A stretch of DNA of 64,000 bases from an uncultured Erysipelotrichaceae bacterium (GCA_902798595.1 CADBXE010000002.1:166741-230740); one strand, 5' to 3'. Positions 18,909 through 30,168 are shown, numbered from the stretch's first letter. Notes: generated by a model not told the origin, from the letters alone. Translations and numbers: made by a program.

Positions 18909-19790
18909 ATATTTATCTTTCCAGCCTTCAATGAATTTCTCGTCCCTTAACATTCTGATTTCATCAGAGTAAGGGGCTTTTTCATTAATATAAGGTGTTT
19001 CTAAGATTTTTGGAATGTTTCTTAATAATGGATGATTTGCCATTTTGCACAAAGCTTCGAAACCAATCTCGCCATAGCCGATATTCTCATGACGATCCTT
19101 ATGCGCCCCTCTAATGTTCTTAGAATCATTAAGATGAACCACTAAAAGGCGGTTTAGACCGATGATTTGATCAAACTCGGCTAATAACTCATCTGGATTA
19201 TTAACGTTGTAGCCTGCGTCGTGAACGTGGCATGTATCAAGGCAAACGCCCAAACGGTCAGTGTGCTTGCATGTATCGAGAATTGTTTTAACGTCTTCAA
19301 AGCATGTTCCAATCTCAGAACCTTTGCCCGCCATAGTTTCTATGGCGATTTTGACATCAGTGCCATCTTGAGAAAGAACAATATCTAAGTTCTCTGCTAA
19401 AGTCTTGATAGCTTCTTCAGCACCCAAACCTAAATGGTTGCCTGGATGTAAAACAATCATCTTAGCACCAAAGGCAGCTGTTCTTCTTAGTTCATTGATT
19501 AATGTCTTATTTGTTAACTCTAACAAGTCAGGACGATTCTTGCTGGCGGGATTGATAATGTAAGGAGCATGAACCACGATATGGTTTTCATCAAAGCCTT
19601 GCTCTTTGAGCAAAGCGCGTCCTTCTTCAATCTTTAATTCATTTAAAGGTTTACGGTAAGAGTTTTGTGGCGCACCAGTATAAAACATAAAAGCAGTCGA
19701 ACCATAACTCAACGCTTCTTTAACGCTACCTAGATAGTAATCAGGGGCGTTCATGCCAACATGGGAACCAATTAATAAGTCTTTAGCCAT
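18900..19790 (-). CDS. nfo: Endonuclease IV
   Basis: VHAPYIIN, LHPG, ETMAGKG, CLDTCH, HLNDSK, DRHENIG, ILETP. Confidence 0.96.
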   Translation of the reverse strand: MAKDLLIGSHVGMNAPDYYLGSVKEALSYGSTAFMFYTGAPQNSYRKPLNELKIEEGRALLKEQGFDENHIVVHAPYIINPASKNRPDLLELTNKTLINELRRTAAFGAKMIVLHPGNHLGLGAEEAIKTLAENLDIVLSQDGTDVKIAIETMAGKGSEIGTCFEDVKTILDTCKHTDRLGVCLDTCHVHDAGYNVNNPDELLAEFDQIIGLNRLLVVHLNDSKNIRGAHKDRHENIGYGEIGFEALCKMANHPLLRNIPKILETPYINEKAPYSDEIRMLRDEKFIEGWKDKYLA

Positions 19791-19791
19791 A

Positions 19792-20268
19792 TTATTTCTC
19801 GATTCTAATATCTTTAATTACCACTGTTTCAAGTGGTCTATCGTTTGGGCTTGTTCTCACTGATGCAATAGCATCAACGACTTCGATACCAGAGATGACA
19901 CGACCGAAAGCAGCATATTGGCCGTCCAAGAAATCCCCATCCTTATGCATAATGAAGAATTGACTACCAGCGGAGTTAGGATCCATCGCTCTAGCCATTG
20001 AGATAACGCCTCTCTTATGAGAGATAGGGTTATTAACGCCGTTAGCAGCGAACTCACCTTTAATACAATAGCCAGGACCACCTGTGCCATTTCCCTTTGG
20101 GCAACCGCCTTGAATCATGAAGCCTTTGATGACTCTATGGAATGTTAAACCTTTGTAAAAGCCTTTTTCAGCGAGCTTCACAAAGTTATCAACGGTTAAT
20201 GGCGCATGTTCTCTATCCAATTCGACTTCTATAGTGCCAAATTTGTTAATTTCAATGATTACTTTCAT
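19792..20268 (-). CDS. ppiB: Cyclophilin-type peptidyl-prolyl isomerase
   Basis: [26 protein letters not shown]. Confidence 0.93.
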   Translation of the reverse strand: MKVIIEINKFGTIEVELDREHAPLTVDNFVKLAEKGFYKGLTFHRVIKGFMIQGGCPKGNGTGGPGYCIKGEFAANGVNNPISHKRGVISMARAMDPNSAGSQFFIMHKDGDFLDGQYAAFGRVISGIEVVDAIASVRTSPNDRPLETVVIKDIRIEK

Positions 20269-20315
20269 TTTTGATAATCTCCTTATATCAAAGATATATA
20301 TTTACTAACTATCTA

Positions 20316-21089
20316 CTATAATATTACTTCAGGCATTTCCTCATGATCGACCATTAATACGTTCAAAGTTGGGTCGATTTCTAAGAGGATTTTCTTCATC
20401 TGTGGCATGAAAATCTTCTCAACTTCATGTGGAACATCTAAGTAATTGAAATGTTCGTTAACGATTGCGCGTCTTACATGATGAGGAGCGTCACCGGATA
20501 TGTAAATATCACAGCCTTCGTCTCTAGCGATGAACCAGTCACGTGAACCGCCACCACCGATAATGCTGACTTTCTTAACTGTCGTGTTGCCTTCCTTGAT
20601 TAATAAACCATAATCTACGTCTAATCTTGCTTTGGCAAACTTAGCGAATTCATCGATAGGCATAGCTTCTTTGAGTTCACCAACACGCATGCAAAAGTCT
20701 TTTTCTTCAGGGCAATAAACGTTTTCTAGGCCTAAAGCTTCTGCTAAGGCATCATTCATACCATCTTTGCCGCTATCGAAGTTTGTGTGCATGCTATAGA
20801 CTGGTACACCCAAGGCGTCAATCTCGTTACACAATTGTTCTTTGAGCTTATCCCATTTAAAAACCTTGGCTTTAGTACCGTAGATGAATGGATGGTGAGT
20901 GATAATTAAATCTGGTTTATTTTCCTTTACAAAAGGAAGCACTTGATAATCAAAGTCTAAGCAAAGAAGGATATTATGCACTTCTTCAGGTAGCTTACCT
21001 GTCATAAGACCAACATGGTCATGATAAAACTTCGCGTAGCGTTTAGGGAAACGTTTAGAAAGCTTTAAAAGAAGTTTTCTCGTATTCAT
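20316..21089 (-). CDS. Nif3-like dinuclear metal-center protein
   Basis: DHVGL, IITHHP, MHTNFD, YISGD..HH, H..E; follows trmK. Confidence 0.92.
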   Translation of the reverse strand: MNTRKLLLKLSKRFPKRYAKFYHDHVGLMTGKLPEEVHNILLCLDFDYQVLPFVKENKPDLIITHHPFIYGTKAKVFKWDKLKEQLCNEIDALGVPVYSMHTNFDSGKDGMNDALAEALGLENVYCPEEKDFCMRVGELKEAMPIDEFAKFAKARLDVDYGLLIKEGNTTVKKVSIIGGGGSRDWFIARDEGCDIYISGDAPHHVRRAIVNEHFNYLDVPHEVEKIFMPQMKKILLEIDPTLNVLMVDHEEMPEVIL

Positions 21090-21748
21090 AAGTATCTCTC
21101 CAATTTATGCTTCTCAGCATTAAGAGTGTCGATTCTCGTTTGCGGTAAATTACCACTAGCGATAATGTTATCAATCTCGCTTATGCGAGTTTGATATTTC
21201 TCTTTAAATGTCGCTGATTTCTCACGTCTTAAGATTGGTCCAAATTCTAAGTCTTCTTCACCAATAATGGCTTGGTCTGCTCTCACGAACTTGATGATTT
21301 CATAAAATATGTCATCTTCCTTGACAATCTTTTCATCAGCAATGGCAAAGCCCATCATGCAGATTTCTTTTCTTGCTGTTGGAACAGCGTTGTGTGCATC
21401 AATGATAATTGTTTGCACTCTAACAAGCTTTTCTGGATGTGCTTTTAAGATATTGACGATATTTAATCCACCCATACCCGCGATTACAATGGTACCAACA
21501 TCACGTGTGATGTCCTTAATACCATCGCTGAAAAGGGGAGTAATCTTATCGTTAACGTGATATCTGATAAGATTACTTCTTAATCTTTCAAATGGTCCTT
21601 CTTTGTTTTCCACAGCGTAGCCTTTAGTAACAATACCGGATTCAACAAGAGCAATCATGAGTTTACCATGATCACTACCGATATCGGCCACCACTGATTT
21701 TGGGACCATATCATGAATGATACGCAAGCGTTTGGATAATTTAATCAT
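21086..21748 (-). CDS. trmK: tRNA (adenine22-N1)-methyltransferase
   Basis: LSKRL, VADIGSDHG, IAGMGG, YEII. Confidence 0.92.
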   Translation of the reverse strand: MIKLSKRLRIIHDMVPKSVVADIGSDHGKLMIALVESGIVTKGYAVENKEGPFERLRSNLIRYHVNDKITPLFSDGIKDITRDVGTIVIAGMGGLNIVNILKAHPEKLVRVQTIIIDAHNAVPTARKEICMMGFAIADEKIVKEDDIFYEIIKFVRADQAIIGEEDLEFGPILRREKSATFKEKYQTRISEIDNIIASGNLPQTRIDTLNAEKHKLERYL

Positions 21749-23049
21749 TAAAGTTTTTCCTTATAGTCACCTAAGCGTTTTGAACGTGTTGGGTGTCTGA
21801 GTTTCTTAATGGCTTTGGCTTCGATTTGACGAATTCTTTCACGAGTAACACCGAATTCACGGCCCACTTCTTCAAGAGTTCTTGGTCTATTATCGTCTAA
21901 GCCATAACGGAGTCTGATGACTCTTTCTTCTCTATCGCTTAAATCCTTGAGGATGGAATAGAGTTCTTCTTTTAAAAGTTGTCTTGTTGTGAAGTCCACT
22001 GGTGATTCGCTTTCCTTATCTTCGATAAAGTCACCTAAGTGGGAATCATCTTCTTCACCGATTGGTGTTTCTAAGGAGACAGGCTCCATGGCGATACGTT
22101 GAATTTCACGAATACGCTTAGCGCTTAATTCACCGTTCATCGCTTCGCTGATTTCTTCAGCGGTTGGTTCACGACCATAATCTTGGATGAGTTGTCTTTG
22201 GATACGTGTCATCTTATTGATGGTTTCAACCATATGGACTGGAATACGAATGGTTCTGGCTTGGTCGGCAATCGCACGTGTAATAGCTTGACGAATCCAC
22301 CATGTCGCATATGTGGAGAATTTATAACCCTTTGTGTAGTCGAATTTGTCAACGGCTTTCATTAAACCGAGGTTACCTTCTTGAATTAAGTCCAAGAATA
22401 ACATACCACGACCCACATAGTGTTTGGCGATGTTGACGACTAAACGTAAGTTAGCGTTAATCAATGTTTGTTTAGCTTCTTCATCGCCATTTAAAATCTT
22501 TTTCGCTAAGATTGGTTCATCTTCCGCTTTTAAAAGATCATATTTGCCAATTTCTTTAAGATACATCTTAACAGAGTCGTTGATACGAACTTCACTACCT
22601 AAATAGTCAATATCGATATCTTCTTCTGCTTCTTCACCTTCTTCAGCAAAGAAGTCATCATCTGGCTCTTCGTCAAGATTCATCTTGCTTTCATCAAAGT
22701 CTTCAAAGTCTTCATCTTCATCTTCTTCATCAGAGATAACTTCGACACCGTTGTCTTTGAAGAAATTGATTAAGTCAGCAATTGTATCATCATCTAAATC
22801 GAATTGATTTAAAGCATCATAAATATCACTTTGGTCAATAATACCGGATGATTTAGCTTTCTTTAAGAGACTGTTTTTGATGTCATCTAAAGAAAGGATT
22901 TCACCATCGTCATCATAGATGCTTTTGACTTTCTTTTTCTTGTCGAGTTTTGGAGCGCTTGGTGCGCCTTCGCTCACTTTTGGGCGGCCTCTCTTTTTTG
23001 GCTTATCTTCTAAGACCGCTTCTGTTTGTTCTAATTTTTTTCTACCCAT
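21748..23049 (-). CDS. sigA: Primary sigma factor
   Basis: [40 protein letters not shown], region 4 TRERIRQIE. Confidence 0.97.
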   Translation of the reverse strand: MGRKKLEQTEAVLEDKPKKRGRPKVSEGAPSAPKLDKKKKVKSIYDDDGEILSLDDIKNSLLKKAKSSGIIDQSDIYDALNQFDLDDDTIADLINFFKDNGVEVISDEEDEDEDFEDFDESKMNLDEEPDDDFFAEEGEEAEEDIDIDYLGSEVRINDSVKMYLKEIGKYDLLKAEDEPILAKKILNGDEEAKQTLINANLRLVVNIAKHYVGRGMLFLDLIQEGNLGLMKAVDKFDYTKGYKFSTYATWWIRQAITRAIADQARTIRIPVHMVETINKMTRIQRQLIQDYGREPTAEEISEAMNGELSAKRIREIQRIAMEPVSLETPIGEEDDSHLGDFIEDKESESPVDFTTRQLLKEELYSILKDLSDREERVIRLRYGLDDNRPRTLEEVGREFGVTRERIRQIEAKAIKKLRHPTRSKRLGDYKEKL

Positions 23050-23084
23050 AAATCAATGCCCCTTTCATTGGTTTAATTAATAAA

Positions 23085-24872
23085 TTAATGTTTTTTGCGA
23101 AGTCGACGCCTGTTATAGTCGGCGACAATTCGCGCTTGTTCCATCGGATCTTTTCCCTCTAAAGACTGATTGAGTGTATCGGATTCAAAGATTTTCTCTT
23201 TTTCTGTGTCGATAACTTGTTGTAAGTTATTTAATAACTCTTCATTGCAGATGTCTGGATGATTTCTTTCAAGATAGAGCTCACTTATCTTGTTAATTAA
23301 TTCATCCTTTTCTGGCAAGTCACTATTTTCCAGGGAGGAGATTAAGTCCACTGGAACGAAATCCTTTTGCTCTTTCGCATATTCTATGAGGTAATTTGCG
23401 ATGATGCGATATGTCTCATCATAGAAACCACCGATTTTTTGCTCGTAGAAGGCCACTGCTTCGCGATTTTGGAGCATTTGGTATAAAAGTTCACGCTCCG
23501 CAAATTCGAGCCTCCTGAGGACTTTTCTTTCAGGATGGTATTCTCTAATCATGTCGCGGAAATCAGTATTCTGTGGTTTCTTTCTCGCAGTTTTGAGAAT
23601 GTTCCTAATTGCCTCAGGTGCAAAACCGGTAATGTTTGCAAGTTTGTTAATATAGCTATCTAATTCAATCTGTGAACGGATAGCGAGTAAGACAGGAATA
23701 AATTCCTGGATTAACTGAGTTTTCTGTTCTGTGGTTTGAAGTGGATTGGTGTTTTTGTAGTAATTGAGAATAAAATCCACTCTGGAAATGAGTTTATTCA
23801 AATAAGCGTTAAGTGCCACCGCACCATCCTCATTGAGAATCTCATCTGGGTCCTTGGTGCTATTTTGGTTATCAACGATACGAACAGATAGACCGTTGTT
23901 CACCAAGTTATTAGCGATTTCCATGGTGGCTTTTTGACCAGGAAGATCACCATCAAGACAAAGTCTTATTTCAACATTCAATGATCTAAGCAGGCGAATG
24001 TGTTCTGCGGTTAAGGCAGTGCCCATTGTCGCAACACACGATTCCACGCCAATACGATATAAGGCATAGACATCCATGAAACCTTCTAAAACATAGACAT
24101 AACCAGCGATACGTGCTTTTTCTTTAGCGTTATTGTAGTTATAAAGAATGTTTGATTTATGAAATAAATAGGTTTCAGGAGAATTCACATATTTAGCTTC
24201 TGGACCATTGCCTAGTCTTCTAGCAGAATAGCCCACAACTTCTCCGTTCGCGTCCATAATCGGGAAGATAACTCTACCCGCATTACGGTCGCTGTAAGTG
24301 CCACTGTTAGAAGAAGCAATGCCAACATCTTCGATGGTCTTTAAGGAATGGCCTTTTTCTTCGAGGAAGCGGCATGTCGCCTTGCCATCTTTGAATGCAT
24401 AACCAAGTCGGAACTTGCTTCTTAAGTCAGCATCAAGGTGACGATTATTAAAATAATCAAGGCCAGCTTTTCCTTCAGGAGAGTTTAAAGCATATTGATA
24501 ATAAACTGTTAAATCATGAAGGCATTTAACAAGTGGTACTCTTTTCGGATCAACCACTTTAGTTTCGTGAATATCTTCTAGTCGTGGGTCGTGATAATCA
24601 CATATTTCTGCGACTTTCTTGACCGCTTCTCTAAAAGAGAGCTTCTCGTATTTCCTTACAAAACCAATGGCGTTACCGCTTGTGCCACACACAAAGCACT
24701 TGAAGATTTGTAGTTCAGGCGAGATGTGCATGGAAGGATTAGTGTCATCATGGAATGGGCATTTGGCGAGGTAATCTTTACCTTTTCTAATCACGGGTAA
24801 ATATGCAGATACCACTTTGACGATATCGGCATGCTTTAACACGTCATTAATTAAACTTTCATCAAACGCCAT
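23085..24872 (-). CDS. dnaG: DNA primase
   Basis: CPFHDD..PS, CFVC, KYVNSPET, EGFMD, DGDLPG. Confidence 0.96.
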   Translation of the reverse strand: MAFDESLINDVLKHADIVKVVSAYLPVIRKGKDYLAKCPFHDDTNPSMHISPELQIFKCFVCGTSGNAIGFVRKYEKLSFREAVKKVAEICDYHDPRLEDIHETKVVDPKRVPLVKCLHDLTVYYQYALNSPEGKAGLDYFNNRHLDADLRSKFRLGYAFKDGKATCRFLEEKGHSLKTIEDVGIASSNSGTYSDRNAGRVIFPIMDANGEVVGYSARRLGNGPEAKYVNSPETYLFHKSNILYNYNNAKEKARIAGYVYVLEGFMDVYALYRIGVESCVATMGTALTAEHIRLLRSLNVEIRLCLDGDLPGQKATMEIANNLVNNGLSVRIVDNQNSTKDPDEILNEDGAVALNAYLNKLISRVDFILNYYKNTNPLQTTEQKTQLIQEFIPVLLAIRSQIELDSYINKLANITGFAPEAIRNILKTARKKPQNTDFRDMIREYHPERKVLRRLEFAERELLYQMLQNREAVAFYEQKIGGFYDETYRIIANYLIEYAKEQKDFVPVDLISSLENSDLPEKDELINKISELYLERNHPDICNEELLNNLQQVIDTEKEKIFESDTLNQSLEGKDPMEQARIVADYNRRRLRKKH

Positions 24873-24919
24873 ATAATAAAATTATACTTTTCCTAACTTT
24901 TTACTAATTTTCTACTTGT

Positions 24920-26293
24920 TTAAAAGAAGACTTTTTCTTCCAAATAAGCCTTTAATTCACCAATTGGTAAACGGACTTGCTGCATGGAATCGCGTTCACG
25001 GATGGTGACCGCACCATCGTTTTCTGTATCAAAGTCGATAGTAATGCAGAAAGGAGTACCAATAGCATCTTGACGACGATAGCGTTTGCCAATGGAACCG
25101 GTATCATCGTAGATGACATTGAAGTACTTCGCTAAAGATTGTTCCACTTCACGAGCCTTTTCTTCGAGCTTTTTGCTTAATGGAAGAATCGCAGCTTTGT
25201 ATGGAGCGACGGCTGGAGAAAGGTGCATAACGATACGAGTATCGTTGTCACCAACTTGTTCTTCATCGTATGCATCACATAAGGTCATTAAAACCAAACG
25301 GTCTAAACCGACTGATGGTTCGATGCAGTATGGGATATATTTTTCGTTTGTTTCAGGATCTAAGTAATCTAAAGCTTCACCACTATACTTTGTATGACGA
25401 CCTAAATCGTAGTCAGTTCTATCAGCGATACCCCAAATTTCGCCCCAACCAAATGGGAAGAGATATTCGATATCTGTTGTGGCTTTACTATAGAAAGCTA
25501 ATTCTTCTTGTTCGTGGTCTCTATAACGGAGATGGTCTTTTCTGATTCCTAAGGAATCAACAAAGTCTAAGCAGTATTGTTTCCAATAAGCAAACCACTT
25601 TAAGTCATCACCTGGTTTGCAGAAAAATTCCATTTCCATTTGATCGAATTCACGAGTACGGAAAGTCATTTGTCCTGGAGTAATTTCATTTCTGAATGCA
25701 CGGCCAACGTTACAAATACCAATAGGTAATTTACGACGCGTTGCTCTCATAACATTCTTAAAGTTAACGAACATACCTTGAGCGGTTTCTGGTCTTAAAT
25801 AAACAACTGATTTGCTATCTTCAGTAACACCAATATGTGTTTTAAACATCATGTTAAATTGACGGATGTCTGTGAAGTTTTCACTACCACAGTTTGGACA
25901 TTTAACGTGATTATTTCTAATAAATTCCATCATTTGCTCGTTAGTCATACCATTGACATCGGCATCTGGGAATTCGCTTTCAATCAATTGATCGGCTCTA
26001 AAACGTTGTTTGCAATGTTTACAGTCGATAAGCGGATCGTTGAATGTGGCAACGTGACCAGTTGCTTCCCAAACCTTTGGGTTCATCATAATCGCGGCGT
26101 CAATACCAACGTTTGTGGTGCTTTCTTGAACGAACTTTTTCCACCACATTTTACGGATGTTTTGTTTGATTTCACTACCAATTGGGCCGTAGTCCCAAGT
26201 GTTGCTTAAACCACCATAAATCTCTGAACCTTGGAAATAGAAACCAGAGACAATGAAATGGTTACATAGTTTATCGAATTCAAATTTACTCAT
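24920..26293 (-). CDS. glyQS: Glycine--tRNA ligase (alpha2 type)
   Basis: [36 protein letters not shown]; start ATG 26293. Confidence 0.95.
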   Translation of the reverse strand: MSKFEFDKLCNHFIVSGFYFQGSEIYGGLSNTWDYGPIGSEIKQNIRKMWWKKFVQESTTNVGIDAAIMMNPKVWEATGHVATFNDPLIDCKHCKQRFRADQLIESEFPDADVNGMTNEQMMEFIRNNHVKCPNCGSENFTDIRQFNMMFKTHIGVTEDSKSVVYLRPETAQGMFVNFKNVMRATRRKLPIGICNVGRAFRNEITPGQMTFRTREFDQMEMEFFCKPGDDLKWFAYWKQYCLDFVDSLGIRKDHLRYRDHEQEELAFYSKATTDIEYLFPFGWGEIWGIADRTDYDLGRHTKYSGEALDYLDPETNEKYIPYCIEPSVGLDRLVLMTLCDAYDEEQVGDNDTRIVMHLSPAVAPYKAAILPLSKKLEEKAREVEQSLAKYFNVIYDDTGSIGKRYRRQDAIGTPFCITIDFDTENDGAVTIRERDSMQQVRLPIGELKAYLEEKVFF

Positions 26294-26384
26294 AATATGC
26301 TCCCTTAATAAATGCATGCATGAAGAATGCTATTATTTTCGTGAATTGTTGTCAACCTATTATGAGTGTTATTATGGACTTTTA

Positions 26385-27095
26385 TTATTCAATAAGCAAG
26401 CGAATGTTCTTGAAGCGATAACCAAACGCATCTTCAATATATTGCTGGAACTTGTTAAAAAGAACCATTGCGTCCGTTTTGTTATATTCCTTTTCTATCA
26501 AACTAAAATCAGGGCAATTAACGATGTCTCTTAAGAGAAGCATCTGTGTTTTGTTTAAATCGCGGCTCATATCAGTGTCATAACATTCCTGGCAAATAAA
26601 GCCACCATCTGTAAATGAGAAAGCAACAATGCCATTTCTTTTATCACAAAGCACGCACCTATTCACTTCGAGTTGGAATCCACCTAAGCGAATGATATGA
26701 CTCATCAAAAGGAGAAGAGTCATGAGCCAATCGTTTTTATTCTTGAGTGTTTCCACGGCTTTTTCCAAGTATGGAAACATAATGTATTGTTCCTCGCTTG
26801 GAAAGAGATTAAGAATCATCTCATCCATCAGCATAATGGCTCCTAAGTACTTCTCATCCATGTCAATTTTCAAAGAAGAAAAAAGAGGTTTGGAGTTTTT
26901 TAAAATCGGATGTTTAAAATCTCCATCCATTAATTCGATATCTGCAATAGTTAAAACATTGTTTAAAGCAGAGTTCTTGCTTTTTGGGTCTTTTATACCC
27001 CTCGCTAAAAAGGTCATTGTTTCCTCTTCGCTAATTGCAGTCACTATTGCATCTTTTTCTTTGTAAGGGTTAATTGATAGAACAATTATCTTCAT
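26385..27095 (-). CDS. recO: DNA repair protein RecO
   Basis: YKEKDAIV, ARG..., C..C/GGFICQEC; era-recO synteny. Confidence 0.88.
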   Translation of the reverse strand: MKIIVLSINPYKEKDAIVTAISEEETMTFLARGIKDPKSKNSALNNVLTIADIELMDGDFKHPILKNSKPLFSSLKIDMDEKYLGAIMLMDEMILNLFPSEEQYIMFPYLEKAVETLKNKNDWLMTLLLLMSHIIRLGGFQLEVNRCVLCDKRNGIVAFSFTDGGFICQECYDTDMSRDLNKTQMLLLRDIVNCPDFSLIEKEYNKTDAMVLFNKFQQYIEDAFGYRFKNIRLLIE

Positions 27096-27097
27096 TT

Positions 27098-27982
27098 TTA
27101 TTTTTCGTATTTATATCCATATTCTTTTAAAGAAGATGGAGCGTTTCTCCAATCTTCATCCACTTTTACTTTTAATTCTAAGTAAACGTGTTGATTTAAA
27201 AGACGTTCTATGCTTTGTCTAGCTTTGCTACCGATTTCTTTAATACGTTGTCCGCCTTTACCGATAACAATGCCTTTTTGACTATCTTTTTCAACGATAA
27301 TAGAGGCTAAGATTTGTAATGGTTTCTTTTCCCATTCAATGTGTTCCATATAGATGGCCACAGAATGTGGAACTTCTTCACGTAGTGATTTTAAAACCTT
27401 TTCACGGATGATTTCCTTAATGCGGAAAATTTCATCCTTGTCAGTAATCATTTCTGGTGGATAGTAAGCAGGACCTTCTGGTAATAAAGATGAAACATTT
27501 TTAATAATTTCATCAATGTTGAAGCCTTCTTTAGCAACAGTATCAATGAAAATCGCATCCTTAAAGAAAGAGCGATATGTTTTTTTCAACTCTTCTGTTT
27601 TATCAAGTCTCGCTAAATCGATTTTGTTAAAAACAATAATTAATGGACAATGATGAATATCCAAGTGATCAATGATATAGGTATCACCATCACCAAAAGG
27701 TTTTGAAGCGTCCACTACTAAGATGGCGACATCGACATCATGCGCAGCGCTATAGGCCATATTGTTCATTTCTTGACCTAATTGAGCTTTTGGTTTATGA
27801 ATACCTGGTGTATCAAGAAAAACGATTTGCGTATTCTCATCGTTATAAATACCAATAATATTGTTTCTTGTTGTTTGGGATTTATCAGTAACAATAGAAA
27901 CGTTGTGGTTGATTAAACCATTCAACAGAGTTGATTTGCCAACATTAGGACGGCCTAAGATGGCCACGAAACCGGACTTCAT
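27098..27982 (-). CDS. era: GTPase Era
   Basis: GRPNVGKSTL, QTTR, DTPG, NKID, KH domain VIGKGG. Confidence 0.97.
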   Translation of the reverse strand: MKSGFVAILGRPNVGKSTLLNGLINHNVSIVTDKSQTTRNNIIGIYNDENTQIVFLDTPGIHKPKAQLGQEMNNMAYSAAHDVDVAILVVDASKPFGDGDTYIIDHLDIHHCPLIIVFNKIDLARLDKTEELKKTYRSFFKDAIFIDTVAKEGFNIDEIIKNVSSLLPEGPAYYPPEMITDKDEIFRIKEIIREKVLKSLREEVPHSVAIYMEHIEWEKKPLQILASIIVEKDSQKGIVIGKGGQRIKEIGSKARQSIERLLNQHVYLELKVKVDEDWRNAPSSLKEYGYKYEK

Positions 27983-28383
27983 TACTTTAAATCATCTCCA
28001 GAAAAGGCGAATGGAAGAAGCTCATCGATATTGGTTTCTTTTAGATCACCCTTTAAATTTGCAAGAATAATCTCTCCATCTCTTGGAAAGAGTTCGCTAA
28101 TGACTTGGCGGCATGCACCGCATGGTGAGCATGGTTCATCTGTATCAGCGGCAATAGCTAAAGCAACAAAGTCTTCTTTTTTATAGCCGTTCATCATCGC
28201 GTTGTAAAGCGCGTTTCTTTCAGCGCACATGCACAAAGGATATGAGGAATTTTCAATATTCGCACCTTTAAACACCTTACCATCTTTACAGAGTAAAGCA
28301 GCACCTACTTTGAATTTAGAATATGGACTATAAGATAAGTTTCTCGTCTCAATTGCGGTATTCGCTAGTTCACTATTTTTCAT
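27982..28383 (-). CDS. cdd: Cytidine deaminase
   Basis: YSPYSKFKVGAA, CAERNA, PCGACRQ; start ATG 28383. Confidence 0.95.
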   Translation of the reverse strand: MKNSELANTAIETRNLSYSPYSKFKVGAALLCKDGKVFKGANIENSSYPLCMCAERNALYNAMMNGYKKEDFVALAIAADTDEPCSPCGACRQVISELFPRDGEIILANLKGDLKETNIDELLPFAFSGDDLK

Positions 28384-28390
28384 ATGCACC

Positions 28391-28834
28391 TCACGCCAAG
28401 ATTTGATCTTGCAAAGCAAACATTACTTTTTCATCTTCCTTAGTCATATGGTCATAGCCAAGAAGATGCAATAAGCCATGGACAAAAAGGAACTTTAATT
28501 CTCTGTCGAGGCTATGGCCATAAGCTAAAGCTTGTTCTCTAGCTTTATCAAAGGAAATGTAAATTTCACCGAGAACCACCATGGCATCTGACTGAAAGAT
28601 TTTATCTCTGTTTTCATCTCCATCTAAAAACGCAAAAGAGATGACATCAGTTGGACGGTCAATATGACGATATTCACGATTGATGTTATGAATGAATTCA
28701 TTATCTACAAAAGTCACGCTAATAAATGGATTAAAATGTAAATCCAAATGTTTGAGTGTCTTTTCTAATAATTGTTCATAAACAGATTGGTAATCGTTTA
28801 ATGACTCGTCGAAAGAATTAAAATCTAGTTCCAT
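28391..28834 (-). CDS. ybeY: rRNA maturation RNase YbeY
   Basis: PTDVISF, LGEI, HGLLHLLGYDH. Confidence 0.96.
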   Translation of the reverse strand: MELDFNSFDESLNDYQSVYEQLLEKTLKHLDLHFNPFISVTFVDNEFIHNINREYRHIDRPTDVISFAFLDGDENRDKIFQSDAMVVLGEIYISFDKAREQALAYGHSLDRELKFLFVHGLLHLLGYDHMTKEDEKVMFALQDQILA

Positions 28835-28853
28835 GATGAAATCATATCATTAT

Positions 28854-30068
28854 TCAGTGGTTTTTTCTATTAATTTCATCTAGATGAACAACATTGTTAA
28901 TTCTCGCTTTGCTAAGCAAGTTCTCCTCCACTCTAGTTTCATAGCTAAATATCGGGGCTAATGACTGATAGAGCAGCACACTCAAGCACATGTGAAAGAT
29001 GACGTTGGCGATACTGAAATTTCTCTCAATCAAACAAAGAATCACACTTGCGGATAACATGAAGAAACCCACCACGGCTTTTTTAGCGAATTCTAAGTAA
29101 GCATAGCGGTAGGATTTCAACTCCATTGTTTTAACCTTCAATTCTACACCATCAGCGTCATTAGTGGTTCTGAGGTCGTTTTCTTCTTGTGCGACGTCTT
29201 TAGCGATGACATTTTTGTAAGGGGTGAAGAAAAACGCATCGAGATAAGCACCTAACAAGGAAGCAATTATCAGAATCAGATAATTTAATGAGTTGATTAA
29301 TGAAATCGTGCAAATGAGAATGACAATGAGAGCCGAGAAGACTAAATTGAGGCCAATGCTCAGAGAGCATTTCTTATACTCTTGGCTGCGTTTATAAAAC
29401 TCAAAGAAGTTACGATTACGTACATATGGTAAAAATCTCCGGATATACCTGTCGTAGCGTTGCATGCGTTTGAGTAGTACGTAACGCAGAAGTATCTCGC
29501 TTATTAAGCTACCCGCGATAAAGAGGATTGGGTAGAGAAATCCACCACCAGGCTTCATGAAGAAGGTGGCAAGGCCGATAAATAACGCGGTAAGAGTTTG
29601 AAAAAGCGCTGATACAATTGTTCCTTTATAATCTTTTGTGTCTATCACGAAGTGAGGATAGGGTTTCCTCTCAAACGCATTAACACTGAGTAAAGTTCCA
29701 TCCCATATAGGAAGTAACTGGTTGAGCTTAAGCCAGTAGATTCCTTTAGCAGGATCGTGAACTTTGACGCGATTCCCTTTACGCTTACTAATTAAAAGGG
29801 CGTGTACAGTCTCGTTTGGATAAACAACGGTTAAAATCACAGGAAAGCTAGTAAGATGCCTCAAATCGTCTTTATCGTCATATTGCACCCCCATGAGGGT
29901 GACATCATAACGTTGAGCAAGGATGACGAGGTCTTGATAAGAGTATTGTCCATGATTCTCATCTTCATTTAGATAAAGGTAGCCTTCATCTTTGTGCACA
30001 ATGGCTAATAGCATTTTGACACACGCTACGCCACAGCTTGAATTACTTAATTGTGGGATATAGTACAT
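28854..30068 (-). CDS. C39 peptidase domain plus multi-TM membrane domain, with no ATPase domain
   Basis: Q....SCGVACVKM, HALLI and HDPAKG give a Cys-His-Asp triad; about 5-6 hydrophobic segments follow; no Walker A/B. Confidence 0.8.
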   Translation of the reverse strand: MYYIPQLSNSSCGVACVKMLLAIVHKDEGYLYLNEDENHGQYSYQDLVILAQRYDVTLMGVQYDDKDDLRHLTSFPVILTVVYPNETVHALLISKRKGNRVKVHDPAKGIYWLKLNQLLPIWDGTLLSVNAFERKPYPHFVIDTKDYKGTIVSALFQTLTALFIGLATFFMKPGGGFLYPILFIAGSLISEILLRYVLLKRMQRYDRYIRRFLPYVRNRNFFEFYKRSQEYKKCSLSIGLNLVFSALIVILICTISLINSLNYLILIIASLLGAYLDAFFFTPYKNVIAKDVAQEENDLRTTNDADGVELKVKTMELKSYRYAYLEFAKKAVVGFFMLSASVILCLIERNFSIANVIFHMCLSVLLYQSLAPIFSYETRVEENLLSKARINNVVHLDEINRKNH

Positions 30069-30073
30069 TTAAC

Positions 30074-30125
30074 ACCTCCTATAAACTAGTAGGAGTGCAA
30101 AATGATTTTTTTCCTAAAAAAGTTA
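30074..30125 (-). promoter_or_regulatory. Conserved 52-bp upstream element, copy 1 (before the C39 gene)
   Basis: 47 of 52 positions identical to 50284-50335 by hand alignment; contains a CTCCTA...TAGGAG inverted repeat over the SD. Confidence 0.85.
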
Positions 30126-30142
30126 TATATTTTTGAAAAGAA

Positions 30143-30168
30143 AATAAAAAACCGGATTAATCCGGTTT
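30143..30168 (-). terminator. Terminator after dnaJ
   Basis: AAACCGGAT-TA-ATCCGGTTT hairpin with a U-tract on the minus strand. Confidence 0.8.

Noticed and set aside
26294-26384. T-box upstream of glyQS
   Set aside because: The leader is too short; only a TTGACA-17-TAGCAT promoter is visible and there is no T-box motif.
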